Shown here one piece after another: positions 40,789 through 52,012 of a DNA stretch of 64,000 nt. A model generated the notes under the pieces. The model was not told where the DNA came from. It did no database searches and saw only the letters and a list, made by a program, of their open reading frames with translations. Every line of letters begins with the position of its first letter. Within the stretch, counting starts at the first letter, position 1. The position numbers were made by a program, and so were the translations under genes. The stretch comes from Candidatus Poribacteria bacterium (GTDB taxonomy: Bacteria; Poribacteria; WGA-4E; WGA-3G): assembly GCA_965198235.1 (NCBI GenBank), contig OZ240248.1, positions 2,656,001 through 2,720,000 of the forward strand, written 5' to 3'.

Positions 40789-41907
40789 TTAAACGGCAAT
40801 GGAATGTTTCTCCAAAACTGCCTCGTCCAGTTCAACACCAAGTCCTGGCTTCGTTGACGGAATAATGTATCCATCTTCCCACTGCAAGGGCTCTTTGAGG
40901 ATATCAGCGTGGAAACCGTCCCATGTATGGATACCTTCCTGAATCAGGAAATTCGGGCTACAGACATCCAACTGGATATTCGCCGCACCTCCAATCGGAC
41001 CGCCGTACAAGTGCGGTGCGATCTGGGCGTAGTGCGCCTCGCCCATAGACGCAATCTTCTTCGCTTCAAGGATACCGCCTGTGATTGTCAAATCCATCTG
41101 CAGAATAGATGCTGCCTGTTGTTCCAGCAGATCTACGAATTCATATTTCGTCAACAATCGTTCGCCGGTGGCAATCGGGATGCTTGTTGATTGTGCGACG
41201 CGTGCCATCTCCTTGATATTTTCGGGGGGTAGCGGTTCCTCGAACCAGAGCGGGTCGTATGGCTCAACACGTTTCGCAAAACGGATTGCGCTGTTTGTAT
41301 TGAACTGTCCATGCGTGCCAATCAGAATATCACACCTATCGCCAACGGCATCGCGGATGCCTCGGATGACACTCTCTGCGTAGTCGAGCGTTTCCAACCT
41401 ATCCGCGGTGCTCGGATCGACTGGGTCAAACTTGACAGCAGTAAAGCCTTTTTCGACGTAAGAAAGCGCGAGTTCCCCTGTTTTTTCTGGAGAATCACCG
41501 CGTCGCCATTGCAACAGATACGAGTAGGCGCGCAGTTTCTCGTGGAACATACCCCCTAACAGATTGTAAATCGGCTGGTTCAGTGCCTTTCCGACGATGT
41601 CCCAACACGCCATCTCAATCGCACTCATCGCCGGACTCGTCAGGGGACCTGAATGCCGTACACACGGTCCCTCATAAAGGGTAGACCAGATCCTTTCAAT
41701 CCGAAATGGATCCACACCAATCAGGTAGCGTTCACCCCAGTCTTTAATCAGCTCAATGACGACATGGTTCAATTGCGTGTGATACGTACATTCACCTACG
41801 CCCTCAATCCCTTCGTCAGTCACCAATTTGACGAAAATCCAACGCCTTCCACCCCAGTGTGGCGGCGGCACATCAACGAGATAAGTTTTCACATCAACAA
41901 TCTTCAT
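40789..41907 (-). CDS. Mandelate racemase/galactonate dehydratase-like enolase superfamily enzyme
   Basis: MACWDIVGK, WFEEP, ATGER, PGLG. Confidence 0.93.
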   Translation of the reverse strand: MKIVDVKTYLVDVPPPHWGGRRWIFVKLVTDEGIEGVGECTYHTQLNHVVIELIKDWGERYLIGVDPFRIERIWSTLYEGPCVRHSGPLTSPAMSAIEMACWDIVGKALNQPIYNLLGGMFHEKLRAYSYLLQWRRGDSPEKTGELALSYVEKGFTAVKFDPVDPSTADRLETLDYAESVIRGIRDAVGDRCDILIGTHGQFNTNSAIRFAKRVEPYDPLWFEEPLPPENIKEMARVAQSTSIPIATGERLLTKYEFVDLLEQQAASILQMDLTITGGILEAKKIASMGEAHYAQIAPHLYGGPIGGAANIQLDVCSPNFLIQEGIHTWDGFHADILKEPLQWEDGYIIPSTKPGLGVELDEAVLEKHSIAV

Positions 41908-42120
41908 TCTTTAAACTTTCCTTGTGGTTCGTTGAGAGTGAGTTTGTGGTTTGACACCCTTTCCGTAGAGCCGTCTTCCACTTCGTTTCAGACTACAATT
42001 TTGATGCTAATTTTAAGTTGGTCACTCGAAGACCGTCGCAAACACGATCCCGTGAATCCTGATCCATTTCGGGCGACAGTTTTCTACCGAATAGTAGAGA
42101 AGAATCGCAATCGGGAAACA

Positions 42121-44373
42121 TTACGGATTCCACCAATAGGTTACTTTGCCAACCACGGTGGTATCCAGCAAGCCCGATGTTATACTGTCTGTTCCATACG
42201 TCTGGTTGAAAACGAAATAGAAATCGCTACCGGGTTGGTAGATGTAATTGACTAAGAAATTCGTGGTAACCAGATTCCGGTCACTGTTCCATTGTACATA
42301 AAGTTTGGTAAAGAGGTCGGTGGAAAAGGAATAAACAACACGCCCACCAAAGACGTTTGTATCAAAGGAAGTCTTTTTATCAGGAGCATCTTGGTGTGGC
42401 AGTGTGACGCGGTTAAACTCGTATCTCGGTTCCAAACTGAAGCGTCCACCGAACCGAAGGTCGAGGCGGAGGTCAAATCCGCGTCGAGTGCCGTTATAGA
42501 AATCTCCAACATTGAACCCAAAGCGACCGTTGAAGACCTGGCCTTGAGTGTTGAGCATGAGGTTGTAGTTATTGTAACTGTATTTGCCTCTCGGAATGAT
42601 AATTCCTTCCCGAATTTCAAAGTCGTTGGTAAGGTTCTCAAAGTTTCGGTAGATTCGGAGACCACCAAAACCGTTCGTTTCCAGTTCAAGCCACGTGCTC
42701 CAGATAAAAGTTCGCGTTTCCAGCTGATTGTCTGAATCGAGAATAATATCAATCTCCGGTCCAGCCCATAACCGACGAAACCCGTTCCAATGGAGATAAG
42801 GCGTGGCTCGCATTTCGCCCCGAAACCCTCGGCTGCCTGTCCGATAGACGTAACCGACTTCGGGGTTGAAATCATCACCGATGTCCGTATAGGAGGCGTT
42901 CACACGTGCGATTTCGCTCTGCCAATTCCCGCCGAAGTACAACGCATTCGGGTTTCCTATGGTGCTTTCATTGGGTGAAATGCTGTTCCCTGGGGAGGTT
43001 TGTCCGTTGATTTCGTTTGATTCAAACGTACGTGCCCAAAGGCCCCGAAAAGTCATCTTGTCTGTGGGACGATAGATAAAATCAACGCCAGTCGCGCTAT
43101 TGTGTGTGTCGAAATCTTGCTTATTAATTGCAATCATACCAAGGCTTGACCCAGTGAAAAGATCGCGCTTGATACGCAAAACAGAGTAGTTCGTCCTGTT
43201 AACATCAACCGCGTCCAAATTTTCCGTAGCATCTGTTGCATACTTATTCGTGAGAACGTTCAGCAACCCCACGCCGAAACCTCCGACTTTACCGGTAACT
43301 TTCCCGCCCCCCAAAATCGGGATGGCGTGTCCTTCTTCTATACCGATGCGACGACTATAGAAGAGCAGGAGCGGTGGCGGTGCATTGAAACTCGTACGGG
43401 GGATACCGAAATCGAATAAGCCTGCGCCCTCCAAGAAGAATTGGCGTTTCTCTGGGAAAAAGAGGCTAAACCGCGTTAAATTCGCTTGCTCCTGGTCCGC
43501 CTCAACCTGTGCGAAATCTGTGTTGACGGTGAGATCGGCGGTTAGGTTTGAGGTGATACCCACCTTCATGTCCGCCCCGAAATCCAACACACCAATTGTC
43601 TCGTCCGTCTCTGTTCGAGCGACACCGGGGAGGAGGTAGGGTAGAAACTCAATATTCCGACGTTGTGAGACCCCAGATAAGCCCGTGAGAGTCCCTAAGT
43701 GTGTTGTCCGATAGCGTGCCAGAAAGGTATAGGCTGCTGGCACTGGTGCCCATGTGCCTTCCTCCTGATTTTTTTGTATTGTGCGTCCAAGGTTCAAACC
43801 CCATGTCAGTATGTCTTCCTTTTTAAACCGGAGTTGACTGAACGGAATGGCGATTTCTGTCGTCCAATTATCACCGTTAATTTTTGATCGAGAGTCCCAG
43901 ACGGCATTCCAGTTCTCGTTTCGGCTGTCGCCGCTGTCCATGAGCGCAACATCTTCCCGCGCTCCCAAGGGATTGACTCGGAAGAAGAACCCGCTTCGGC
44001 GGTCGTTATAAGTATCCAACAGCACAAAGACGTTGTCTTGGTCCCACATCATTGCATCGCGCCGCATCTTATTGGCAATAATCTTAGAGCGGTCGGGTTC
44101 GCTACAGACGAAACCGAAATAGATGTGTCTGTCGTCGTAAAGGATGCGAACCTCTGTTGATTCTGTCAGCGGTTCGCCTGCATCGGGTTCAAATTGCGTA
44201 AATTGACGGATAGGTGTTGCTTTTTGCCAATCAGACTCTGAAAGTTCCCCGTCGATTTCGATGCTCTGGTAGGTGCGGGATGCCTCTGCTCGAAGTTCGT
44301 CAGTTTCGGCATGCACACCAGCACTCATGCAAAGGAGAAGTAGAATTAATAGCCATCTACATAGATAATCCAT
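42121..44373 (-). CDS. CBM9-like plus DUF5916 outer-membrane protein
   Basis: IDGELSE..W, EIAIPF, DFAQVEAD, FPEKRQFFLEG, FYSRRIG. Confidence 0.88.
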   Translation of the reverse strand: MDYLCRWLLILLLLCMSAGVHAETDELRAEASRTYQSIEIDGELSESDWQKATPIRQFTQFEPDAGEPLTESTEVRILYDDRHIYFGFVCSEPDRSKIIANKMRRDAMMWDQDNVFVLLDTYNDRRSGFFFRVNPLGAREDVALMDSGDSRNENWNAVWDSRSKINGDNWTTEIAIPFSQLRFKKEDILTWGLNLGRTIQKNQEEGTWAPVPAAYTFLARYRTTHLGTLTGLSGVSQRRNIEFLPYLLPGVARTETDETIGVLDFGADMKVGITSNLTADLTVNTDFAQVEADQEQANLTRFSLFFPEKRQFFLEGAGLFDFGIPRTSFNAPPPLLLFYSRRIGIEEGHAIPILGGGKVTGKVGGFGVGLLNVLTNKYATDATENLDAVDVNRTNYSVLRIKRDLFTGSSLGMIAINKQDFDTHNSATGVDFIYRPTDKMTFRGLWARTFESNEINGQTSPGNSISPNESTIGNPNALYFGGNWQSEIARVNASYTDIGDDFNPEVGYVYRTGSRGFRGEMRATPYLHWNGFRRLWAGPEIDIILDSDNQLETRTFIWSTWLELETNGFGGLRIYRNFENLTNDFEIREGIIIPRGKYSYNNYNLMLNTQGQVFNGRFGFNVGDFYNGTRRGFDLRLDLRFGGRFSLEPRYEFNRVTLPHQDAPDKKTSFDTNVFGGRVVYSFSTDLFTKLYVQWNSDRNLVTTNFLVNYIYQPGSDFYFVFNQTYGTDSITSGLLDTTVVGKVTYWWNP

Positions 44374-44642
44374 GGTATATAAAATTGGGAAACGTAACCT
44401 CCGTGATTATCTTAAACTTTTTTCTATTATACCACATTTATCGAAATTCTGCATATCTAATCAATACTCCATCCAAAATCATTCAGTTCTTTTGTAGGAA
44501 TGCTTTCCTGATCGCTTCAGAGGCAAAATCAACCGATTTTTAGGGCATTTATCCGTAAAATGACAACTTTCAGAGATCCATTTGGATTTTTCAAACAAGT
44601 ACTTAGGGGGATTACATCGTAGAACACGATTGGAGGAAATTA

Positions 44643-44994
<352 letters not shown>

Positions 44995-45171
44995 TAACCA
45001 ATGATAATCAACATCTACCCCTTCCACGCTTCCCTCTTCTTGTAGGAGCGAGTTTTACTCGCGACGCATACTGACAGCCGACCGCTCTAAAGAATCTTAT
45101 TGATTTCCTTCCCGAAGTGTGGGAAAATACAAGGGAAATCCCAGCCTGATCACTTTGCAGACAGGAGAACC

Positions 45172-46482
45172 ATGAAAAACGATAAGAAAACAATCTTCGG
45201 TTGGTGTATGTACGATTGGGCGAATTCAGCCTACATCACGACCGCTGCTGTCGCGTTGCTACCCAATTATTTCGCACAAGCCGTTGTCGGCGAAGCCGGT
45301 GTGGACATCCTCGGCATGAATATGAGTGCTACAGCGTTGTGGGGGTTTATGTTGGCTGCTGCGGCGTTCTTAGTCTTCCTCTTTGCTCCCGTGCTTGGAG
45401 CGATTGCCGATTTCTCCTCAGCAAAAAAGAGGTTTCTCGCAGGCTTTGCGTATATGGGCAGTCTCTTCGCAACGATGCTCTATTTTTGCGGGTCTGGCGA
45501 TGTAGGATTGACGATCGTGCTATTCATAAGTACCCAAGTCTGCTTTGTTGGCGGCAATGTCTTCTACGACGCATTTTTGCCAGAGATCGCCTCTGAGGAC
45601 AAACTGGATTCTGTTTCTGCCAAAGGATATGCATTTGGATATGTCGGGGGCTCGCTCCAATTTGGTATCGCTCTTGGACTTGTCGCTATGCACGAGACGG
45701 TAGGCGTTAGCCTAACAATGGCGGCACGTATTGGGATGGCGATGACGGGGATTTGGTGGGCAGGCTGGACCCTGTTGACGATGAAGTATCTAAAAGAGGT
45801 GAAAACACCGTACGAACTTCCTGAAGCGTACCGCAATCGACCGAAGGGTTTGGCGTATCTCGCCCTCGGCATCAGCCGAACAGTCGCGACAGCGAAAAGG
45901 GTGGGACGTTTTAAGCATCTCACGCTCTTCCTCGTTGCCTATATGATCTACAATGACGGTATCCACACCGTTACCAGTATGGCGACGATTTACGGCACTG
46001 AAGAATTAGGGCTTTCGACACCAGAACTCATGGTGACGCTCCTGCTGGTGCAAGTTGTCGCAATAGGAGGTGCGCTGATCTTCAGTCGTCTCGCAAACCG
46101 TATCGGCGCGAAACGCTCCGTGATGTGCGCTTTGGTTCTATGGAGTGGTGTCGTCACCTATGGGTATTTCATCCACACCGCGGCAGAATTCTTCGTTTTG
46201 GGAATGATTGTTGGCATTGTGCTCGGTGGGACACAGGCGTTGAGCCGTTCCTTCTATGGGGCAATGATTCCAGAACAGGCAAGTGCGGAATTTTACGGAT
46301 TCTATTCTGTCTTTAGCAAATTTTCGTCGATTTGGGGACCCATGACCTTTGGCGTTATCAAGCAGATCACGGGCAGCGCGCGTCTCGCTATCATTTCATT
46401 GATGGTTTTCTTTGTCGTCGGGTTGGTTCTGTTACGGTTTGTAGATGAAACAAAGGCGAAAGCGGATAAACTTGCATTCTAA
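45172..46482 (+). CDS. MFS transporter, UMF1/Atg22 family
   Basis: W.MYDWANS, PVLGAIAD, YNDG, QALSRS. Confidence 0.92.
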   Translation: MKNDKKTIFGWCMYDWANSAYITTAAVALLPNYFAQAVVGEAGVDILGMNMSATALWGFMLAAAAFLVFLFAPVLGAIADFSSAKKRFLAGFAYMGSLFATMLYFCGSGDVGLTIVLFISTQVCFVGGNVFYDAFLPEIASEDKLDSVSAKGYAFGYVGGSLQFGIALGLVAMHETVGVSLTMAARIGMAMTGIWWAGWTLLTMKYLKEVKTPYELPEAYRNRPKGLAYLALGISRTVATAKRVGRFKHLTLFLVAYMIYNDGIHTVTSMATIYGTEELGLSTPELMVTLLLVQVVAIGGALIFSRLANRIGAKRSVMCALVLWSGVVTYGYFIHTAAEFFVLGMIVGIVLGGTQALSRSFYGAMIPEQASAEFYGFYSVFSKFSSIWGPMTFGVIKQITGSARLAIISLMVFFVVGLVLLRFVDETKAKADKLAF

Positions 46483-46545
46483 ATTAACGGGATTCTCTGA
46501 TGTTTTGCTTGCCGTTCTCTTGTTTCTGAATGAAAGAGTAGGTGT

Positions 46546-46785
46546 GTAGGTTGGGTTGAACGGATAACCCCAAATGCTAACGGTTCACAAAAAACTGACA
46601 CTCCGTTCATAAGCCGCTATTGCAAACATACCAAGTGAAACCCAACACTCACTAAAGGCTTTGAATACACAGAAAACCCTAAAATCCGCGAAATCTGATA
46701 AATCCGCGATGATCCGCGATTCAGATTCATATTTTTGCAAATAATCTGTAGGAATTTTCAGTTATCAGTTATCGGTTATCCGTTA
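46546..46785. repeat. Repeat cluster: long-loop REP, solo AATCCGCG element and heptamer repeats
   Basis: GTAGGTTGGGTT..AACCCAAC; 46681-46725 resembles the GxxExxY inverted repeat; (CAGTTAT)n. Confidence 0.75.
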
Positions 46786-46944
46786 AGAGATTATCGCCCT
46801 TGTAGAAGCGAGTATTTTTGCGGATTTCCCCATGTTCGCGACGCGCTGATTGCTGGCAGTTGCTTGGCTTTTCTCTTGATATTTTCGCCTATAAGTCCTA
46901 TAATAATTGAGCATACGTTATTCGATTGTATGGAAGGTAAATTG

Positions 46945-47517
46945 ATGTTAGGCGAGTTGCTTCGGAAAAGCATTCATTTGTCAGGACTTGTCCTACCGGT
47001 TATCTATCTCTTCTTGGATCAACCGACGATGTTAATCCTCATCGGAGTGCTGACCGGATTTGCACTTACCGTGGAATTGATGAAATGGCTCTTCCCTCGT
47101 TTTGGCGAGTTCTTTTTCCAAATTTTCGCTTCACTCCTCCGCACGCACGAGCGCAAGGGCGCAATGACAGGCGCGACCTACTATCTCATCAGTGCTTTCT
47201 TGTGTATTTTCTTTTTCGCCAAGACGCTTGCCATTGTTTGTATCCTTTTCATGGTATTAGGAGACCTGGCAGCCGCACTCGTGGGTAAAAAGTGGGGTAG
47301 GACGAAACTTCTCGGCAAAAAGAGTTTAGAAGGCAGTGCCGCCTGTTTCGTTGTTTGCGTTTCGATTGCTTTAGTGAAATTGAATCCTGTTATCGCAATC
47401 ATTGGTGCCTTGGTCGCTACAATCGTGGAGCTTATTCCATTTCCGATCGATGATAACCTCACGGTGCCGCTCGTTTCCGGTGCAGTGATGCACCTTCTGA
47501 TGCAGATTTTTTTTTAA
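46945..47517 (+). CDS. Phytol/dolichol kinase-like membrane protein
   Basis: RKSIH, GDLAAALVG, KSLEGS, DDNL.VP. Confidence 0.88.
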   Translation: MLGELLRKSIHLSGLVLPVIYLFLDQPTMLILIGVLTGFALTVELMKWLFPRFGEFFFQIFASLLRTHERKGAMTGATYYLISAFLCIFFFAKTLAIVCILFMVLGDLAAALVGKKWGRTKLLGKKSLEGSAACFVVCVSIALVKLNPVIAIIGALVATIVELIPFPIDDNLTVPLVSGAVMHLLMQIFF

Positions 47518-47535
47518 ACTATGGGTCTCCTGGGC

Positions 47536-47643
47536 AAAGAAACACCGTTTTTGCTTGGGGTGTTTTTGCTTGGGTGTTTCTGTGGATTTCTGCGGATTTC
47601 TTAAGCAAAAACCCTCCACTGTGGGAGGGGTTTGTAACCCCGA
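47536..47643. repeat. G/T mosaic array nested in an opposite-strand copy, next to a REP
   Basis: AAGAAACACC [array 47547-47601] TAAGCAAAAACCC. Confidence 0.8.
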
Positions 47644-47752
47644 TTTCTTTCGGGCGACTCCCATTAAAGAAGGGTTTGTGGCGGAAAAAGCGTTTGCAAC
47701 TGTCACGTCTTAACCGACTACTGAAAACTGACAGCCGACAACCAGTAAAAAA

Positions 47753-48880
47753 ATGGCACACATCAAACTTGAGAATATTGTAAAACGCTTCGGTGATTTC
47801 GTGGCGGTTAAGGATTTCAATCTGGAGGTTGAGGACAAAGAGTTCGTCGTTTTTTTGGGACCTTCCGGGTGTGGCAAAACCACAACGCTCCGCCTCATCG
47901 CAGGTTTAGAAAATCCTGAAGAGGGTGATATCTTCATCGACGGACAGCGTGTCAACGATTTCTCTCCCGCCGACCGCGACATCGCCTTTGTCTTTCAATT
48001 CTATGCCCTTTACCCACATCTGAGTGTCTACGATAACATCGCTTTTCCACTCAAGGCGGTGAAGGTCTCGAAATCGGAGATCGATGCCCAAGTTAAATGG
48101 GTTGCGGAAATCTTGCAAATATCTGGTATGCTCAATCGGAAGCCGAGTGTCCTCAGCGGTGGCGAGATGCAACGCGTTGCGCTCGGACGCGCGATGGTGC
48201 GTCAGCCGAAGGTTTATCTCCTTGATGAGCCTATGGCGAATTTAGATGCGAAGATGCGCGTTGACACCCGTGCCGAGATTAAACGACTCCAACACGAAAT
48301 CGGGGCGACGACCATCTTCGTAACGCATGACCAGGTTGAAGCCATGTCCCTCGCAGATAGGATTGCTGTTATCCACGAAGGTGTCCTACAGCAAATTGGC
48401 ACACCGCATGAAATCTACAACAAGCCGGAAAGCCTCTTTGTGGCGGGATTTATGGGGATGCCCGCCATGAACCTCCTTGACGCAGAAGTCACCGGACAGG
48501 AAGGGGAATCCGTTCTACGACTGAGTCACACCGACATCTATTTTCGCCTCTCTCCAGAACGACAAGCAAATATCACGTCAGGCGCGGTGGAAAATGGTTG
48601 GGTGTTCGGGATTCGTCCTGAACATATCTCGGTTTCCGCGAGTCAGTCGGGTGGACAACAAATTCCTGCGGATGTGCATCTCGTTGAACCGCTCGGTCCG
48701 GTAAATATCCTTGACATCCGTCTCGGCACGCATTCAGAGACCCAGGAGCCTATTCTGCTTCGAGTCAGGACACATCCAACATTTCAGGTTACGGTTGGGG
48801 ACACTGTCTGGTTAAATTTTGACGAAGCGGAAATGCATCTCTTTGACCGAGAAACAGAACAAGTTATCTGGGTAGAATAG
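47753..48880 (+). CDS. Sugar ABC transporter ATP-binding protein (MalK-like)
   Basis: GPSGCGKT, LSGG, LLDEP, TOBE tail. Confidence 0.95.
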   Translation: MAHIKLENIVKRFGDFVAVKDFNLEVEDKEFVVFLGPSGCGKTTTLRLIAGLENPEEGDIFIDGQRVNDFSPADRDIAFVFQFYALYPHLSVYDNIAFPLKAVKVSKSEIDAQVKWVAEILQISGMLNRKPSVLSGGEMQRVALGRAMVRQPKVYLLDEPMANLDAKMRVDTRAEIKRLQHEIGATTIFVTHDQVEAMSLADRIAVIHEGVLQQIGTPHEIYNKPESLFVAGFMGMPAMNLLDAEVTGQEGESVLRLSHTDIYFRLSPERQANITSGAVENGWVFGIRPEHISVSASQSGGQQIPADVHLVEPLGPVNILDIRLGTHSETQEPILLRVRTHPTFQVTVGDTVWLNFDEAEMHLFDRETEQVIWVE

Positions 48881-49144
48881 CCGTCAGCGGTCAGCAGTCA
48901 GAGTCGGGGATCGAAGTGTTTTTGCTTGGGGTTTTTGCAATGTAATACAAGGAATGGAAATGTAATACAAGGAACGGATTTAGTCTATTCCCAGACTAAA
49001 TCCAGTCTATTCCCAAACTAAATCCGGTATTTCTGCGGATTTCAATAAGGTTCTTCAGGCACTCCCCACCCCGTAGGGGTGGTATGTCTATAGAAAACGG
49101 CGTATTCCAGCAACCGCACCCCGTAGGGGTGCCATGTCTATAAA
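48880..49144 (+). repeat. Composite repeat region: mosaic array, local tandem and inverted duplications, hairpin doublet
   Basis: AATGTAATACAAGGAA x2; AGTCTATTCCCA(G/A)ACTAAATCC x2; CACCCC-GTA-GGGGTG x2. Confidence 0.85.
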
Positions 49145-49187
49145 TAGGTGGCTTACGGGATAATAAAAATGGAGGAAAAGGTTATAT

Positions 49188-49988
49188 ATGAAGATACCGT
49201 GTCGTTTCGCGGCTTTCGACTTGGATGGAACACTGCTTAATAGTGAACACACATTATCACCGAAAAACCGGGATGCGCTTCGAGCACTCGCGGCAAAAGA
49301 TATTCTTGTGGTATTAGTCTCTGGGAGGATGCACCGGTCTATCAAACCTGTCAGCGATCAGATCGGGCTTGAAAATCCGATTATCTCTTACAATGGCGGG
49401 ATGGTACAACACGCTACGACGGGTGAGGTGTATCATCATACACCTGTTCCAGCGGATTATGCAATGGCGGTCGTCAGTGACTGCGTTGCGCAGAATTTGC
49501 ATCTCAACTTCTGTTTGAATGACGAACTTTACGTCGCTGAACGCAACGCATGGAGCGACCTCTACGAGGAGCGAACAGGCGTTCCGGCTACATCTGTAGG
49601 GGACCTACGCGAGTTAGCCGGAGAAACGCCTACAAAGTTACTCATCATCCACAGACCCGAAAAATTAAAACCGCTCTTAGACAATTTTCAAACCAATTAT
49701 GCGAAGAAGCTTTACGTCACGCAGACCCAGGCAGAATATATTGAGTTTATGAATCCGGGAGTCGCTAAGGGACGCGCGCTCACAGCCCTCGCCAATCGAT
49801 TTGATATTCCAATAGAGACAGTTGTTGCTTTCGGTGATAGTTACAATGATGAAAGTTTACTCAAGACAGCGGGTTTCGGCATAGCGATGGCAAACGCAGT
49901 ACCACCAATCCGGGCTTGTGCCGATCATATTACGACGACGAATGACGATGACGGAGTTGCAAAAGCCATTTGGGAATTGATTCTCTGA
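49188..49988 (+). CDS. Cof-type HAD-IIB hydrolase
   Basis: DLDGTL, SGR, K, FGDSYND. Confidence 0.93.
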   Translation: MKIPCRFAAFDLDGTLLNSEHTLSPKNRDALRALAAKDILVVLVSGRMHRSIKPVSDQIGLENPIISYNGGMVQHATTGEVYHHTPVPADYAMAVVSDCVAQNLHLNFCLNDELYVAERNAWSDLYEERTGVPATSVGDLRELAGETPTKLLIIHRPEKLKPLLDNFQTNYAKKLYVTQTQAEYIEFMNPGVAKGRALTALANRFDIPIETVVAFGDSYNDESLLKTAGFGIAMANAVPPIRACADHITTTNDDDGVAKAIWELIL

Positions 49989-50049
49989 AACGTTGGATTG
50001 TGTTCCCTCAAGTTGCTCTCCAATCGGGTGACCACTTTGCTGATAGTTA

Positions 50050-50319
50050 TTATCTGACATTGACCTCGTGAAACTTTTTGTAAGGAATATCCGCAACGAG
50101 TACGTAGGAGTTTCCTTCCTGTTTCAACGACATCTGAACGGAGTTAACGGAAAATTCAAAATACTTTGCCAGAACTTCTGCTAACTCATGATGCAACCTT
50201 GTCATAAAGCGGTCGTCTACATCGAGTCGGTCTTGTGTAATGACAAGTTTCAGACGCTGCTTAGCGATGCTACTCGACTTCGGCTTGCGCCCGAATAACT
50301 GTTTTATGCTAATGTTCAT
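50050..50319 (-). CDS. minE: Cell division topological specificity factor
   Basis: S..IAKQRLKLVI.QDR; follows minD. Confidence 0.9.
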   Translation of the reverse strand: MNISIKQLFGRKPKSSSIAKQRLKLVITQDRLDVDDRFMTRLHHELAEVLAKYFEFSVNSVQMSLKQEGNSYVLVADIPYKKFHEVNVR

Positions 50320-50331
50320 TAGGAAGACTCC

Positions 50332-51126
50332 TTATCTATTTCTGGTGAACCAATTGACAATATTTGAAAGAAAGCCTTTCTGCTCTAAGTCAGGTATCGG
50401 GATTCGCTGTCCGGTGAGCCGTCGCGCAATGCGCATATAAGCTTGGGAACCGAGGGAAGCGTCTTCATACACTAAAGGAATCCCGCGATTCGTGGAAGTA
50501 ATCACACCGATGTCTTCAGGAACAATGCCGATCAGGTCGATATTGAGGATATCCAGTACATCGGCTTGGTCCATCATGCTCCCATTCCCTACGAGTTGTG
50601 GCGAGAAGCGATTTAAAATGAGGTTGATCGGTTCAATTCCGGCGTGTTGCAGCAACCCTATAATCCGGTCGGCATCCCGAATTGCTGAGACATCCGGTGT
50701 CGTGACAACGATGGCTTCGTCAGCCCCTGCGGAAGCATTACTGAAACCGCGCTCAATGCCTGCCGGCGAGTCAACCAACACGAAATCGTGGGCCGTCTTC
50801 AACTTGGCACACATTGCTTTCATCTGCTCTGGTTGGATGTCGTCTTTGTTGTTTTTCTGCGATGCTGCGAGTAGTGTTAGCCCATCAACACGTCGGTCTT
50901 TCACGAGGGCTTTGCTGAGTTCGCATTGCTTATCAATGACATCCATTGAGGTGTAGACAATCCGACTCTCAAGTCCCATCACGATATCGAGGTTTCGAAG
51001 CCCGACATCTGCGTCAACAACCACGACGGTTTTGCCAAGAAGTGCGAGTGCTGTTCCTAAATTGGCGGTAGAGGTTGTTTTTCCTACACCTCCTTTTCCT
51101 GACGTTACTACGATTACTCTTCCCAT
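50332..51126 (-). CDS. minD: Septum site-determining ATPase
   Basis: SGKGGVGKTT, DVGLRNLD, DSPAGIE, C-terminal amphipathic helix. Confidence 0.97.
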   Translation of the reverse strand: MGRVIVVTSGKGGVGKTTSTANLGTALALLGKTVVVVDADVGLRNLDIVMGLESRIVYTSMDVIDKQCELSKALVKDRRVDGLTLLAASQKNNKDDIQPEQMKAMCAKLKTAHDFVLVDSPAGIERGFSNASAGADEAIVVTTPDVSAIRDADRIIGLLQHAGIEPINLILNRFSPQLVGNGSMMDQADVLDILNIDLIGIVPEDIGVITSTNRGIPLVYEDASLGSQAYMRIARRLTGQRIPIPDLEQKGFLSNIVNWFTRNR

Positions 51127-51143
51127 AACCCGAACCTCCTATG

Positions 51144-51815
51144 TTAAAACTTAACAAATTTTTCAACAATAATTACATCTTCTACCCCGATGCGCGCAAT
51201 TTCTGGATACCCTCGGGGTTTTTGGTTAATGGGTCGGCGATTTATAAAGTTGCCGATTTGGAGTTGTACAGGCACTAAATCCATAGCGATAACCACAGCG
51301 GATAGCCTACCGTTTATGCCGGCGTGCGCGTTCCCGCGCAACGCGCCAAGGACAACAATATCTCCACCGGCTTTTACTTCGGCACCCGAATTGACGTCCC
51401 CGTAGATAATGAGACTTCCTTGTGGGAAGTTTTCTGTCTGTCCCGAGCGAATTGTGTACGGTACAATCCTTGAAGGTTCGCTATCACGGCTGTTCTGCAT
51501 GTCCGTTCTTTGCTGAATCGCGTGCGTCGTTGGCGCGGCAGCGATGGGTGGGGATGCCTGTTCATCAAGGGCTTCAATGCTCCGTACCGTCAGGTTGTAA
51601 GTCTCTTGAAGCTTAGATTTTAAATACGACATCTCCTCCTCTTTCAAGATTGGACACTTCAGATCAATCTGCACAGATGCCCCAATGAGAGGTTGATTCA
51701 TCCGAGACATTTCCTGTTGAATCGCCTCTTCAACTTCTTCGATGGACAGATGGGGCCTGATAATCAGGTGCAAGCCGTCCCTATACGCTCTGAGAGCTAC
51801 AATAGAGTTTGCCAT
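51144..51815 (-). CDS. minC: Septum site-determining protein
   Basis: IRSGQ, GDVNSGAEV, GALRG.AHAG. Confidence 0.92.
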   Translation of the reverse strand: MANSIVALRAYRDGLHLIIRPHLSIEEVEEAIQQEMSRMNQPLIGASVQIDLKCPILKEEEMSYLKSKLQETYNLTVRSIEALDEQASPPIAAAPTTHAIQQRTDMQNSRDSEPSRIVPYTIRSGQTENFPQGSLIIYGDVNSGAEVKAGGDIVVLGALRGNAHAGINGRLSAVVIAMDLVPVQLQIGNFINRRPINQKPRGYPEIARIGVEDVIIVEKFVKF

Positions 51816-51832
51816 TTTGCTATTTTCTTTAT

Positions 51833-52012
51833 GGCAGTTAGCAGAATAGCCATCAGCCGTCGGCTATCAGCCATCGGTTACCCTCCTCGACAGGTTACGC
51901 CCTTGCGAGAACGATAACCGCCGTCGACGGGTTACTGACTGCTGACTGCTAACTGCCAATTTGCTGAAAGCCGATAGTTTCCGATATGGTTGCCCCGCTG
52001 ATAGCCGATGGC
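51833..52012. repeat. Heptamer-repeat inverted element (GCTGACT/GCCGATA type)
   Basis: Degenerate 7-mer runs in both orientations; also near 372-428, 47712-47745 and 53603-53635. Confidence 0.7.
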
